Of a stretch of 64,000 nt of DNA, positions 48,002 to 55,944 are shown one piece after another. A program made the position numbers and the translations under genes. The DNA lies in assembly GCA_024635455.1 (NCBI GenBank), contig JAGXIU010000002.1, positions 236,309 to 300,308 of the forward strand, given 5' to 3'. Position 1 is the first letter of the stretch. Each line of letters opens with the position of its first letter. The notes under the pieces are model-generated. The model had not been told where the DNA came from. It saw only the letters and a list, made by a program, of their open reading frames with translations, and searched no databases. Origin of the DNA: Candidatus Saccharimonadota bacterium (GTDB taxonomy: Bacteria > Patescibacteriota > Saccharimonadia > Saccharimonadales > SLHW01).

Positions 48002-49030
48002 TTACGGTAGTAGCTCTGGCTCTTGCTCGAGTTCTACCGAAAATTTTTCTTGTACAGCGCCGGCAATCTTATCTCGAAATGCTAACACCTGAGCAGTTGT
48101 CTTAGCATGTTGATTTACGAGTACGAGTGGTTGTGTTGGCCATGTCGCCATGCCGGTTTCATCATCTTGAGCACTCTTGAAACCAGCTTGTTCGATAAGC
48201 CAGGCTGCCGACAGCTTAACGTTATATTCATCAACATCCCAGTATGCGATATCTGGGTAATCGGCGCGCAGTTGAGTAAGTTTAGATCGGACAATATATG
48301 GGTTTTTGAAGAATGAGCCGGCGTTATTGACACTTGCGGGATCGGGAAGTTTTGATTTCCTAATGTCAATAACTGCCTTCCTGATATTTGTAGCGCTGTG
48401 TTCTGATATATCGTTTTTTTTCAAATACTGGTCTACCGCATGATAAAACGGTGGAATTGGTGGGCGCTTTGATAGAATCAATGAAATTGACGTAATCAAG
48501 AACCTGTCACGATCACTGGTCTTAAAGCGACTCGTTCGGTAGCCGAACTCGCAATCAGATGCAGTCATAGTAACTAACGTTTTTTCGTGCAAATCATATG
48601 CCTGCAGCGTCATAAGTACGTTACTGATTTCTTGCCCATAGGCGCCAACATTCTGAACTGGCGTTGCTCCAGCTGTGCCAGGTATCAAAGATAGCTGCTC
48701 AATACCACTGAGTCCAGCGGAAACAGTTCTCTCTACGACACTATCCCAGTCTTCACCAGCACCAATCGTTACGTACGACGCTGAGTCATCAAAGGAGCTT
48801 ATATCAAACCCTGGGATTTTGTTAACAAGCACAAGTCCTTCAAAGCCCTCATCGCGCCATATAACATTACTACCTGATCCGATCATCAATATTGGTACCT
48901 GCTTTTCTTCAGCAAATGCAACTGCATCAGAGATTTCATGGGCATTTGCGATGTCAGCGAGATAGCGAGCGTTTCCACCTACGCGCATAGTTGAGTAAGC
49001 TGGCAAGGGTACATTTTCAAGTACGTACAT
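48002..49030 (-). CDS. murB: UDP-N-acetylenolpyruvoylglucosamine reductase MurB
   Basis: FAD-binding pattern TMRVGGNARY...ILMIGSGSNV, GAGEDWD, AGSFFKNP. Confidence 0.88.
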   Translation of the reverse strand: MYVLENVPLPAYSTMRVGGNARYLADIANAHEISDAVAFAEEKQVPILMIGSGSNVIWRDEGFEGLVLVNKIPGFDISSFDDSASYVTIGAGEDWDSVVERTVSAGLSGIEQLSLIPGTAGATPVQNVGAYGQEISNVLMTLQAYDLHEKTLVTMTASDCEFGYRTSRFKTSDRDRFLITSISLILSKRPPIPPFYHAVDQYLKKNDISEHSATNIRKAVIDIRKSKLPDPASVNNAGSFFKNPYIVRSKLTQLRADYPDIAYWDVDEYNVKLSAAWLIEQAGFKSAQDDETGMATWPTQPLVLVNQHAKTTAQVLAFRDKIAGAVQEKFSVELEQEPELLP

Positions 49031-49137
49031 ATGAGTTCAGTATACTCGTTTTATTCGTTCTCACCACCCTGAAGACGCATGTATGTGCACTGAAATATCT
49101 TGCGAACAATCGCCAGCAGGCGTACCATAGAAATCAT

Positions 49138-49698
49138 ATGAGCGATAATCACTATCAACAAAAGCTATATGAATCGCTGGGTGTAGAGCTTAAAAATATT
49201 CGACTTCGCTTGCGCCAAAGTATAGCCGAAGTTTCCGGAGCAGTAGAGGTAGATGTCGAAGCGTTGGCACGTTTTGAGAACGGTGAAGTGCGACCCGACG
49301 AAGAGATACTCCTTCTCCTAATAAGTCATTTTGACTTGAGTGATGATGCCGCTGCCAAGCTCTGGAATCTAGCTGGATACGGCAAAGAAGACGCTGTCAT
49401 GCAAAACTTTGCAGATAGCGCTCAGCAGGCTGGTGCCTTTGTGCTGCCACAAGATGCTCGAGTGGTCTACACTGATGTAACACATGCTTCAGCGAACAAG
49501 CATGGGGCAGTCATAAACTTTATGCAATCAGCTGGGCCTATGGGAAAGCCAATGATAGTCTCCCGGGTTGGCATGAGTAGGGAGCACGCCCAGAATTTAC
49601 TCGAGCTACTGCAGAGTATCTTGCACCAACCTGAACAAACACAACGACTCCTAGAAGCACCAAAAGACGATAAAGACGAACTTAAGAACGAGCAATAG
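49138..49698 (+). CDS. Hypothetical protein with N-terminal XRE-like HTH
   Basis: LGVELKNIRLRLRQSIAEVSGAVEVDVEALARFENGEVRP. Start taken at ATG 49138. Confidence 0.45.
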   Translation: MSDNHYQQKLYESLGVELKNIRLRLRQSIAEVSGAVEVDVEALARFENGEVRPDEEILLLLISHFDLSDDAAAKLWNLAGYGKEDAVMQNFADSAQQAGAFVLPQDARVVYTDVTHASANKHGAVINFMQSAGPMGKPMIVSRVGMSREHAQNLLELLQSILHQPEQTQRLLEAPKDDKDELKNEQ

Positions 49699-49735
49699 AG
49701 CTTAGAAGTAAAGCTCGTCCTTGCCTACACTCAGC

Positions 49736-50002
49736 TTATTCTGTAGCTTCCCAGCCCGGTGCTAGGCAGCTACTTGGGAAGGCAAGTTCAGCGCCAGTCT
49801 CGGTGTGTATTGCCGGCGTTATCACCTGAGCACATAGTTCATCTGACTCATACAGTCTTGCTTTAGAAATCGCTTCTTCCTGAGCGGTTTGATTATTTGT
49901 ATCGTTTGTTGTGCTGCTCGCCTGGTCAACCATAGCTATGCCAAAAACCATTACCAGCAGTACACCGATACTTGCTCCTGCGATGAGGATTTTTTTATAC
50001 AT
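49736..50002 (-). CDS. Small secreted/anchored hypothetical protein
   Basis: 88 aa with an N-terminal TM/signal (MYKKILIAGASIGVLLVMVFGIAMV). Confidence 0.45.
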   Translation of the reverse strand: MYKKILIAGASIGVLLVMVFGIAMVDQASSTTNDTNNQTAQEEAISKARLYESDELCAQVITPAIHTETGAELAFPSSCLAPGWEATE

Positions 50003-50142
50003 GAGGGCATGATAGCACGCTAGGCTGAGTAGTTTAAAATAGCTCAGCCCTCTTTAGTGGAGGTCGACAAAAGGCGACGGGCTGATCATGTAACGAAATA
50101 CTAATGCTAATTCGCATAAATTACTTGATACAATATCTCAAC

Positions 50143-50412
50143 ATGAGTAAAAGAGAGCACGAACTACAAGAGAATATTGAGTTGGCTGGTGAGCTTGTTG
50201 TAGTTGGTGGACTATATACTAACTACAAGAATCTAGACAATATTTATGAGGCGCAGAAGCTAACTATCATGGAATCAGATGAGTCCGTGGCGATTACTTA
50301 CCAAGCTTTATATGGGCTGAAAATTACGTTTACTCGCCCTCTTTATGAGTGGATTGAGCAGGTAGAATTTGAGGGTGAACTTGTTCCGCGATTTAGGAAG
50401 TATTCTTTTTAG
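50143..50412 (+). CDS. DUF1653-like protein
   Basis: GGLYTNYKN...YEAQKL...ITYQALYG... and C-terminal GELVPRFRKY resemble DUF1653. Confidence 0.5.
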   Translation: MSKREHELQENIELAGELVVVGGLYTNYKNLDNIYEAQKLTIMESDESVAITYQALYGLKITFTRPLYEWIEQVEFEGELVPRFRKYSF

Positions 50413-50468
50413 CCGATCTTTGAGGAAGGTGGTTTCATCGGCGCAGTACGCTAGGCCAGTCCAGAGCG

Positions 50469-50702
50469 TTACTTGCTTGAAGCGTTGTGTTTCATATTCA
50501 TATAAATACCGCCTGCCTCTAGCTCGTCTAGCATTTGGCTGAGCCTTTTGTTTATAGTTTGCTCTTGTTTTGCGCGCTCAATCCAGCTTATATAATCATT
50601 TCTCTGGTATTCAGGCCTACCATTGTAAGCTTCTACTAGTTTTCTTTCCTGGAGGGCATTTTTGATAAAATCAGGCATTGGGTGAACTTTTCTTTGCAAC
50701 AT
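50469..50702 (-). CDS. YdeI/OmpD-associated (OmdA) family protein
   Basis: PDFIKNAL...YNGRPEYQRNDYISWIERAKQEQTINKRLSQMLDELEAG. Confidence 0.6.
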   Translation of the reverse strand: MLQRKVHPMPDFIKNALQERKLVEAYNGRPEYQRNDYISWIERAKQEQTINKRLSQMLDELEAGGIYMNMKHNASSK

Positions 50703-50727
50703 AACTAAATATTAACAAAAAAAAGAT

Positions 50728-50774
50728 CCTGCGACCACTGTCTTCCCTCCGGCAAATCGAATCTCGCTCGATAG
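50728..50774 (-). repeat. Truncated T-arm-mimic module fragment downstream of tRNA-Arg(UCG)
   Basis: The minus strand reads GAGCGAGATTCGATTTGCCGGAGGGAAGACAGTGGTCGCAGG. It is related to the Arg(UCU) copy and preceded by the CCA-hairpin CCAAATAAAGAGTCGGCC...GCCGGCTTTTTTATTGGG. Confidence 0.4.
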
Positions 50775-50811
50775 CCCAATAAAAAAGCCGGCACAAGGCC
50801 GACTCTTTATT

Positions 50812-50888
50812 TGGTGCACCGGGTAGGATTCGAACCTACGACACCTGGTTCCGAAGACCAGTGCTCTAATCCACTGAGCTACCGGTGC
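50812..50888 (-). tRNA. tRNA-Arg (anticodon UCG), CCA encoded
   Basis: GCACCGG TA GCTC AGTGGATTA GAGC A CTGGT CTTCGGA ACCAG GTGTC GTAGG TTCGAAT CCTAC CCGGTGC A CCA. Confidence 0.92.
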
Positions 50889-51006
50889 CTAAGAAGATTA
50901 ACCAGTGTATTTTAACAGATTGTTTATGTGTTTGGTAGGGGGAGCTTTTTTGGACTATTTGTGCATGCATCCTTATAATGTATAGAAATGGTTAAGCTAA
51001 TACAAA

Positions 51007-52104
51007 ATGTGGGAAAGGATTTTATCCGTGCGTAAGATTGGTGTGTTGAGCGGTGGCGGTGATTGCCCAGGAACCAATGCAGTGATAGCCAGCATTGTTA
51101 AGCACGGTACTCGCCTAGGGTATGAGATAGTTGGATTCGAGCGAGGCCTCGAAGGGTTACTTGGTGATATGTCGTATCGTCGTCTAGGTGTTGATGATGT
51201 CAAGGGCATAAGTTGGTTGGGCGGAACTGTCCTTAAAACTACTAGCAAGGGTCGTTTCAGCAGTAAAGTTGGAAAGCACAAAACGATTGCAATCGATCCT
51301 CAGATTCTTCAAGAGGCAAAAGATAATTTAGATAGTCTTGGTGTTGAAGGTTTAATCGTCATCGGTGGCGATGGGACGCTTGCCTCGGCGCAGCAGCTTA
51401 TGCAGTATGGCGTGAATATTGTGGGCGTGCCCAAGACTATAGATAATGACCTAGGCTTTACGGACGTAACGTTTGGATTTAGTAGCGCCGTAGACGTAGC
51501 TGTTGATGCGCTTGATAAGATTCATACAACTGCTACCAGTCACGAGCGAACGTTTATTGTTGAATGTATGGGGCGTAGCGCCGGGTGGATTACTTTGTCG
51601 GCTGGTCTCGCAGGTGGGGCAAATGCCATATTGCTCCCTGAGTTTAACTTTTCAATAGATGACCTTATCGATTTTATGCGCCATAGACTCCAGAGCAATA
51701 ATCGTTCTACCGTCATTGCGATAGCCGAAGGCGCTAAGGTCAATGGATCGTATCAATATGAGCATACTGAGTCTGGTGAGGTTCAATACACGGGCGCAGC
51801 AGAACAGTTAATGCGTGAAATAAATCGGCGTGCAGGTAATGAATTTGACGTACGGCATGCTGTACTTGGGCATACGCAACGTGGTACTAAGCCTAATTCG
51901 GCAGACAGAATCCTATCTAAGCGATATGGAATTGCAGCAATAGAAGTGTACGACCAGGCAAAGTTTGGAAGCATGGTCTGTGCAGTGAATGGTGAGATGA
52001 AGACGGTTCCTATAGAAAAGGCTACGGAGCGTATAAAACAGGTTACACGCGAAACTAACGAATATTACACTGCCAGACAGCTTGGTATCTTCTTGGGTTC
52101 ATAA
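51007..52104 (+). CDS. pfkA: 6-phosphofructokinase (ATP- or PPi-dependent)
   Basis: GVLSGGGDCPGTNAVI, IGGDGT, PKTIDNDL, MGR. The start may instead be the GTG a few codons in. Confidence 0.88.
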   Translation: MWERILSVRKIGVLSGGGDCPGTNAVIASIVKHGTRLGYEIVGFERGLEGLLGDMSYRRLGVDDVKGISWLGGTVLKTTSKGRFSSKVGKHKTIAIDPQILQEAKDNLDSLGVEGLIVIGGDGTLASAQQLMQYGVNIVGVPKTIDNDLGFTDVTFGFSSAVDVAVDALDKIHTTATSHERTFIVECMGRSAGWITLSAGLAGGANAILLPEFNFSIDDLIDFMRHRLQSNNRSTVIAIAEGAKVNGSYQYEHTESGEVQYTGAAEQLMREINRRAGNEFDVRHAVLGHTQRGTKPNSADRILSKRYGIAAIEVYDQAKFGSMVCAVNGEMKTVPIEKATERIKQVTRETNEYYTARQLGIFLGS

Positions 52105-52161
52105 AATTTCAGTTGAAATAACAGGGATAAGTTGCTATAGTCTCATCTGTTAGTAGCAATC

Positions 52162-52238
52162 GGGCCAGTAGCTCAGCTGGTTAGAGCACCTGCCTCTTAA
52201 GCAGGGTGTCGAGGGTTCGAGTCCCTCCTGGCCCTCCA
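52162..52238 (+). tRNA. tRNA-Lys (anticodon CUU), CCA encoded
   Basis: GGGCCAG TA GCTC AGCTGGTTA GAGC A CCTGC CTCTTAA GCAGG GTGTC GAGGG TTCGAGT CCCTC CTGGCCC T CCA. Confidence 0.95.
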
Positions 52239-52274
52239 ATTCATGAAGCCACCTTGTGTGGCTTTTTGAATTGG

Positions 52275-52401
52275 ATAGACGAGCTCCGAACCTGAGACAC
52301 AGATTCGCCACCTGGCGAAGATGTAAGTCGAGTGGTTCGTTCGTAAGGATCTCTCGCAGAAGCTTGCTTCGAGAAAGTGACGCAACGTGCCGCGGGCAGC
52401 C
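52275..52401 (+). repeat. T-arm-mimic structured module, copy Lys(CUU)-1
   Basis: CTCCGAACCTGAGACAC, TTCGCC ACCT GGCGAA, GTCGAGTGGTTCG, then TCTCGCAGAAGCTTGCTTCGAGAAAGT (52352-52378). Confidence 0.6.
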
Positions 52402-52419
52402 CCCTCCTGGCCCTCCAAT
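52402..52419 (+). repeat. Direct repeat 1 of the tRNA-Lys(CUU) 3' end
   Basis: CCCTCCTGGCCCTCCAAT is identical to 52223-52240. The hairpin AAAACGCCCACC...GGTGGGCGTTTT follows. Confidence 0.9.
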
Positions 52420-52462
52420 ATAAAACGCCCACCTTTTCGTTACCGGTGGGCGTTTTATATTG

Positions 52463-52599
52463 ATTGTCTTGAATGGCTCGACTCCTCGAAACGCCAAAAA
52501 GGTGTCGTGGGTGAAGATTTCCAGTGGCAATCCGCAAGAGAATCTTCACCTGACAGCAGTGCTGTCACGGCGGAAGTTCTGGGCCCGCAGAATGTGGGC
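52463..52599 (+). repeat. T-arm-mimic structured module, copy Lys(CUU)-2 (more diverged)
   Basis: AATGGCTCGACTCCTCGAAACGCC ... GGTGTCGTGGGTGAAG, plus further hairpins (GAAGATT..AATCTTC, CTGACAGCA..TGCTGTCA). Confidence 0.5.
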
Positions 52600-52621
52600 G
52601 AGTCCCTCCTGGCCCTCCAAT
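52600..52621 (+). repeat. Direct repeat 2 of the tRNA-Lys(CUU) 3' end
   Basis: GAGTCCCTCCTGGCCCTCCAAT is identical to 52219-52240 (22 nt). Confidence 0.9.
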
Positions 52622-52656
52622 ATGTTTAATCGTTCTCGTCCTGCTATACTTCACTT

Positions 52657-53388
52657 ATGAAACCCAGAAAATTCGCTGTTTTCGACCTTGACGGCACTCT
52701 ATTCCGCTCTTCATTGTATTTTGAGATTGTTCATGAGCTCTCCAGGAGCGGGAAGCTGGACGCTATCACAAGACAAGCCATAGATAGCGCATATTCCGAC
52801 TGGAAAATTAGAAAGTCAGATGAAGTTTTTTGGGAATATGCCAATTCGCTCATGTCTGCATACCAAGAACAACTGCAAGACCTATCTCCTGAAGATTACG
52901 AGACAGCTGTAAGGCAAGTATTTGAGTCTCAAAAGGAATACGTATATGTATACCCAAAACAAATGTTGGCTAGACTAAAACGAGAGGGTTATTTTTTGCT
53001 GGCAATATCTGGCTCGCAGGTAGAGATAATAAGATTATTCTGTGAATATCATGGATTTGACGACTGGCTTGGCTCGGTGCATGAGCGTGATAATTACGGC
53101 CTCTTTACTGGCAATTCTACAATAACTCATATAGATAAGTCCGACGCTCTCAATGAGCTTGTGTCAAAAAATAATCTAAGCCTTGAGGGTAGTATCGGCA
53201 TAGGCGATACACAGGGCGATACAAAAATACTCAATATGGTCGAAAAGCCGATAGCCTTTAACCCAAATAAACAGCTTTACGAACACGCTAAAAATAATGG
53301 CTGGGAATTAGTTTTCGAAAGAAAGAATGTAGTGATACAGCTGACCAAAATCAATGAAAAGTACGTACTTAATGAAAAGAACCTTTAG
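52657..53388 (+). CDS. HAD-IB family hydrolase (phosphoserine-phosphatase-like)
   Basis: FAVFDLDGTLF, ISGS, GDTQGD. TGCTATACT lies 6 nt before the ATG. Confidence 0.7.
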   Translation: MKPRKFAVFDLDGTLFRSSLYFEIVHELSRSGKLDAITRQAIDSAYSDWKIRKSDEVFWEYANSLMSAYQEQLQDLSPEDYETAVRQVFESQKEYVYVYPKQMLARLKREGYFLLAISGSQVEIIRLFCEYHGFDDWLGSVHERDNYGLFTGNSTITHIDKSDALNELVSKNNLSLEGSIGIGDTQGDTKILNMVEKPIAFNPNKQLYEHAKNNGWELVFERKNVVIQLTKINEKYVLNEKNL

Positions 53389-53407
53389 TCGCGCTGGCAT
53401 GCGCTAT

Positions 53408-53466
53408 AGCCCTCCAATCTTGTTATGTTTGAAACAGAGTTGACCCGCCTCTGTTTTTGCTATAGT
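53408..53466 (+). promoter_or_regulatory. Cassette junction (tRNA remnant, terminator hairpin, extended -10)
   Basis: AGCCCTCCAAT CTTGTTATGTTTG AAACAGAG TTGACCCG CCTCTGTTTT TGCTATAGT, with the ATG 7 nt later. Confidence 0.55.
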
Positions 53467-53473
53467 TAAGTCT

Positions 53474-54142
53474 ATGGACGAATTAAATAAAGCAACTACA
53501 ACTTTTTTGCAGAAGCTAACTAAGGATGAAAGCGTTCTAGGGGTTGCTCTATTTGGTTCGTGGGCCAGAGGTAATCAAAGGGAAGACAGTGATGTTGATT
53601 TGCTCGTAATTGTAAAACAGGGTTACAAGCGATCAATTGAATACGTAGAGAGTCAAGCGTTTGAAATAATATACACCTCCGTAGAGGGTGCAAAAAAATA
53701 CTACAAAACAGATTTAGATGCGACACATAGGTTTTGGGCACATGCAAAAATTTTAATGGACCGAGACAATTCAATACAACCTTTGAAAGAATTTGCCATT
53801 GATCTCACAAAAAATGGAAAAGCGGTTCTTTCTGAAGATGATTTGAAGTATTTTGAGTTTGATGCTCTAGACCAAATTAGGTTTGCTACCGCGGCACATT
53901 CAAATGGCGATATTGCGACAGCAAACTTAGTTTTACATATTAAGGTGGCTGCACTAGCAGAAATATACTTCGATACAATTCAAGAATGGCGACCTGCCCC
54001 AAAACAGATTTTGGCTGAAATACAAAATAGAAATGAAAAACTGGGTAATCTTCTAGCTAATTTTTATTCTGACGAGATTCATTTTAGTAACCAAGCTGAG
54101 CTGACAGAAAAGATTATTGGCGTGATATTCCAGAAAGACTAA
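53474..54142 (+). CDS. Nucleotidyltransferase-domain protein (KNTase/MNT-like, N-terminal NTase plus helical C-domain)
   Basis: GVALFGSWARGNQREDSDVDLLVIV. Confidence 0.7.
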   Translation: MDELNKATTTFLQKLTKDESVLGVALFGSWARGNQREDSDVDLLVIVKQGYKRSIEYVESQAFEIIYTSVEGAKKYYKTDLDATHRFWAHAKILMDRDNSIQPLKEFAIDLTKNGKAVLSEDDLKYFEFDALDQIRFATAAHSNGDIATANLVLHIKVAALAEIYFDTIQEWRPAPKQILAEIQNRNEKLGNLLANFYSDEIHFSNQAELTEKIIGVIFQKD

Positions 54143-54186
54143 TTCACCTCAGCATACAAAAAAATAGTTACAAAAAGAAACACAGT

Positions 54187-54245
54187 AGCCCTCCAATACG
54201 CTTATGTTTAAAACAGAGGTAATTCGCCTCTGTTTTTGCTATAAT
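54187..54245 (+). promoter_or_regulatory. Cassette junction (tRNA remnant, terminator hairpin, extended -10)
   Basis: AGCCCTCCAAT ACGCTTATGTTTA AAACAGAGG TAATTCG CCTCTGTTTT TGCTATAAT, with the ATG 6 nt later. Confidence 0.55.
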
Positions 54246-54251
54246 AATTCT

Positions 54252-54614
54252 ATGAAACAAAGCATTATCTTTCAAAGACTAGAGGGTTTTACTCTGCTTG
54301 TAGTTAGTATTTTTGTATACGTGAATCTGAATTTGAATATCTTTGTATTTATTCTAGCTTTGCTGCTTGTAGATATTTTTATGGCTGGTTATCTCATAAA
54401 CAATAAAGTCGGCGCATACATTTACAATGTAGGACATTCCATCTCTATCCCTTTAGTTATAGGGGCTGCAGGATATTACACAGGTTCAGGTATGACGATA
54501 GCAGTGAGCTTAATCTGGTTTGCGCACATTGGAATGGATAGAGCATTTGGGTATGGCCTGAAACTTGAATCTGGATTCAAAAACACTCATCTCGGCCACA
54601 TCGGTAAAAAATAG
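54252..54614 (+). CDS. DUF4260-like small membrane protein
   Basis: Start at MKQSIIFQRLEG. C-terminal HIGMDRAFGYGLK...FKNTHLG pattern. The ORF-track start at 54204 runs through the junction hairpin. Confidence 0.55.
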   Translation: MKQSIIFQRLEGFTLLVVSIFVYVNLNLNIFVFILALLLVDIFMAGYLINNKVGAYIYNVGHSISIPLVIGAAGYYTGSGMTIAVSLIWFAHIGMDRAFGYGLKLESGFKNTHLGHIGKK

Positions 54615-54633
54615 TTGTAACCAGTAGTACGGT

Positions 54634-54661
54634 AGCCCTCCAAATCGCAGTTTGCTATGAT
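54634..54661 (+). promoter_or_regulatory. Cassette junction, hairpin-deleted variant
   Basis: AGCCCTCCAAAT CGCAGTT TGCTATGAT, with the ATG 6 nt later. Confidence 0.45.
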
Positions 54662-54667
54662 GAGATT

Positions 54668-55561
54668 ATGAATCTTGATTCACTGCAACCACTTTCAGGA
54701 AAAATACCACCATACCCCTTGCAAAGTGACGATTTAACCCAACAAGCTATACAAAAATTTGCTAGTGACAATGGTTATGAATTTTATTCAAAAAAACCTG
54801 AACTGGTTCAATACAACTGGCGAGACTACAAAAAACTTCCTTCTCACCTTGGTATGGTTGGCCCAACAGCGTCTAAAGATGCATACAATGTCATTCAAGG
54901 CAATTACATGGGCTATCCGTTTACGATGTACCTGATGTGGGATAATATAATCAACGGGAAATACTACAGTAGATACAGCAGAGCGACTGAAGATCAGAAA
55001 ATAGAATACATAAAACAGCAGACAACAGGAGTGATCAGATTAGCTTTGCCTAAGGTATTTCCGCAAATAGTGCTTGATTCAAACAAAAACGATGATGGTG
55101 CTTGGAGTAGTATACGCACCGAATTTTCCCAATCCCAGAAATTACAACTCGAAGGTGATTTCTCTCAATATTTTGATTTATATATACCTTCTGGGTTACA
55201 AATCAACGCGCTCAGTGTATTGGCCCCAAATATGATGCAGATACTAAAAAATCATTCTGGACTATTTGATGTAGAATTTTTTGGAAATGAGATGATCTTA
55301 ATGACACGGCATTCTTTGTATGACCCAGCAAATATGAAGCTACTAGAGGAGGCACTTAAAGAGCAATTAGCCTACATGACCCGCCTCATGAATAGTTGGA
55401 ACTACATGCCAATCAATAATCCCTTTGACTTACTGGAGAGACCATCAATAGGGGGTAATACTATAAAAATTGGCAATCTACGCCTAACAGCCAAAATGCA
55501 ATTAATTGCGATTTGTGCGTTTTTCTTACTTTTTAGCTTTATCATCATGTGGCTAAACTAA
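54668..55561 (+). CDS. Hypothetical protein with C-terminal TM anchor
   Basis: 297 aa. The C-terminus is MQLIAICAFFLLFSFIIMWLN. No motif recognised. Confidence 0.5.
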   Translation: MNLDSLQPLSGKIPPYPLQSDDLTQQAIQKFASDNGYEFYSKKPELVQYNWRDYKKLPSHLGMVGPTASKDAYNVIQGNYMGYPFTMYLMWDNIINGKYYSRYSRATEDQKIEYIKQQTTGVIRLALPKVFPQIVLDSNKNDDGAWSSIRTEFSQSQKLQLEGDFSQYFDLYIPSGLQINALSVLAPNMMQILKNHSGLFDVEFFGNEMILMTRHSLYDPANMKLLEEALKEQLAYMTRLMNSWNYMPINNPFDLLERPSIGGNTIKIGNLRLTAKMQLIAICAFFLLFSFIIMWLN

Positions 55562-55596
55562 AGTTTTGGGCAGCAGTTGCAACAAGAAGTACGGCG

Positions 55597-55653
55597 GTCA
55601 TCCAATACGAGTATGGTTAAAACAGAGGTGATTTGCTCTGTTTTTGCTATACT
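55597..55653 (+). promoter_or_regulatory. Cassette junction, decayed remnant
   Basis: GGTCATCCAAT ACGAGTATGGTTA AAACAGAGG TGATTTG CTCTGTTTT TGCTATACT. Confidence 0.45.
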
Positions 55654-55687
55654 CAGTTCATAGAAATGGAGCCAAAAATGTGAGGTC

Positions 55688-55944
55688 ATGCCTCCAGAGG
55701 TGGGAGTACATGAGAGCTATAAGAGCACCCCAGAGGACAGACGATATTACCAGTTGCTTGGGCTTGCTCGGCACATAGAGACCGACGAAATTTTGACGAT
55801 CTACGTGCCACTATATGTACACTTGATGTACATCAGGTGGATCAGCGAGCTCGCTCGTCGGATGTGTTTCTGGAAGATGTTGAGGCTGATGGCCAGCCTG
55901 TTCCCCGATTTCGCTATATCGACCCAAACATTTTGACGCTATAA
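55688..55944 (+). pseudogene. DUF1653-like gene interrupted by a frameshift
   Basis: The first frame gives YYQLLGLARHIETDEILTIYVPLY and then nonsense. A second frame from about 55807 gives ...DVFLEDVEADGQPVPRFRYIDPNILTL, with a stop at 55942-55944. Confidence 0.6.

Noticed and set aside
52150-52660. ORFs 52150-52530, 52197-52418, 52241-52549 (minus) and 52387-52629, 52460-52660 (plus)
   Set aside because: They overlap tRNA-Lys(CUU) and the two tandem modules. There are no coding signals, and the repeats account for the apparent openness.
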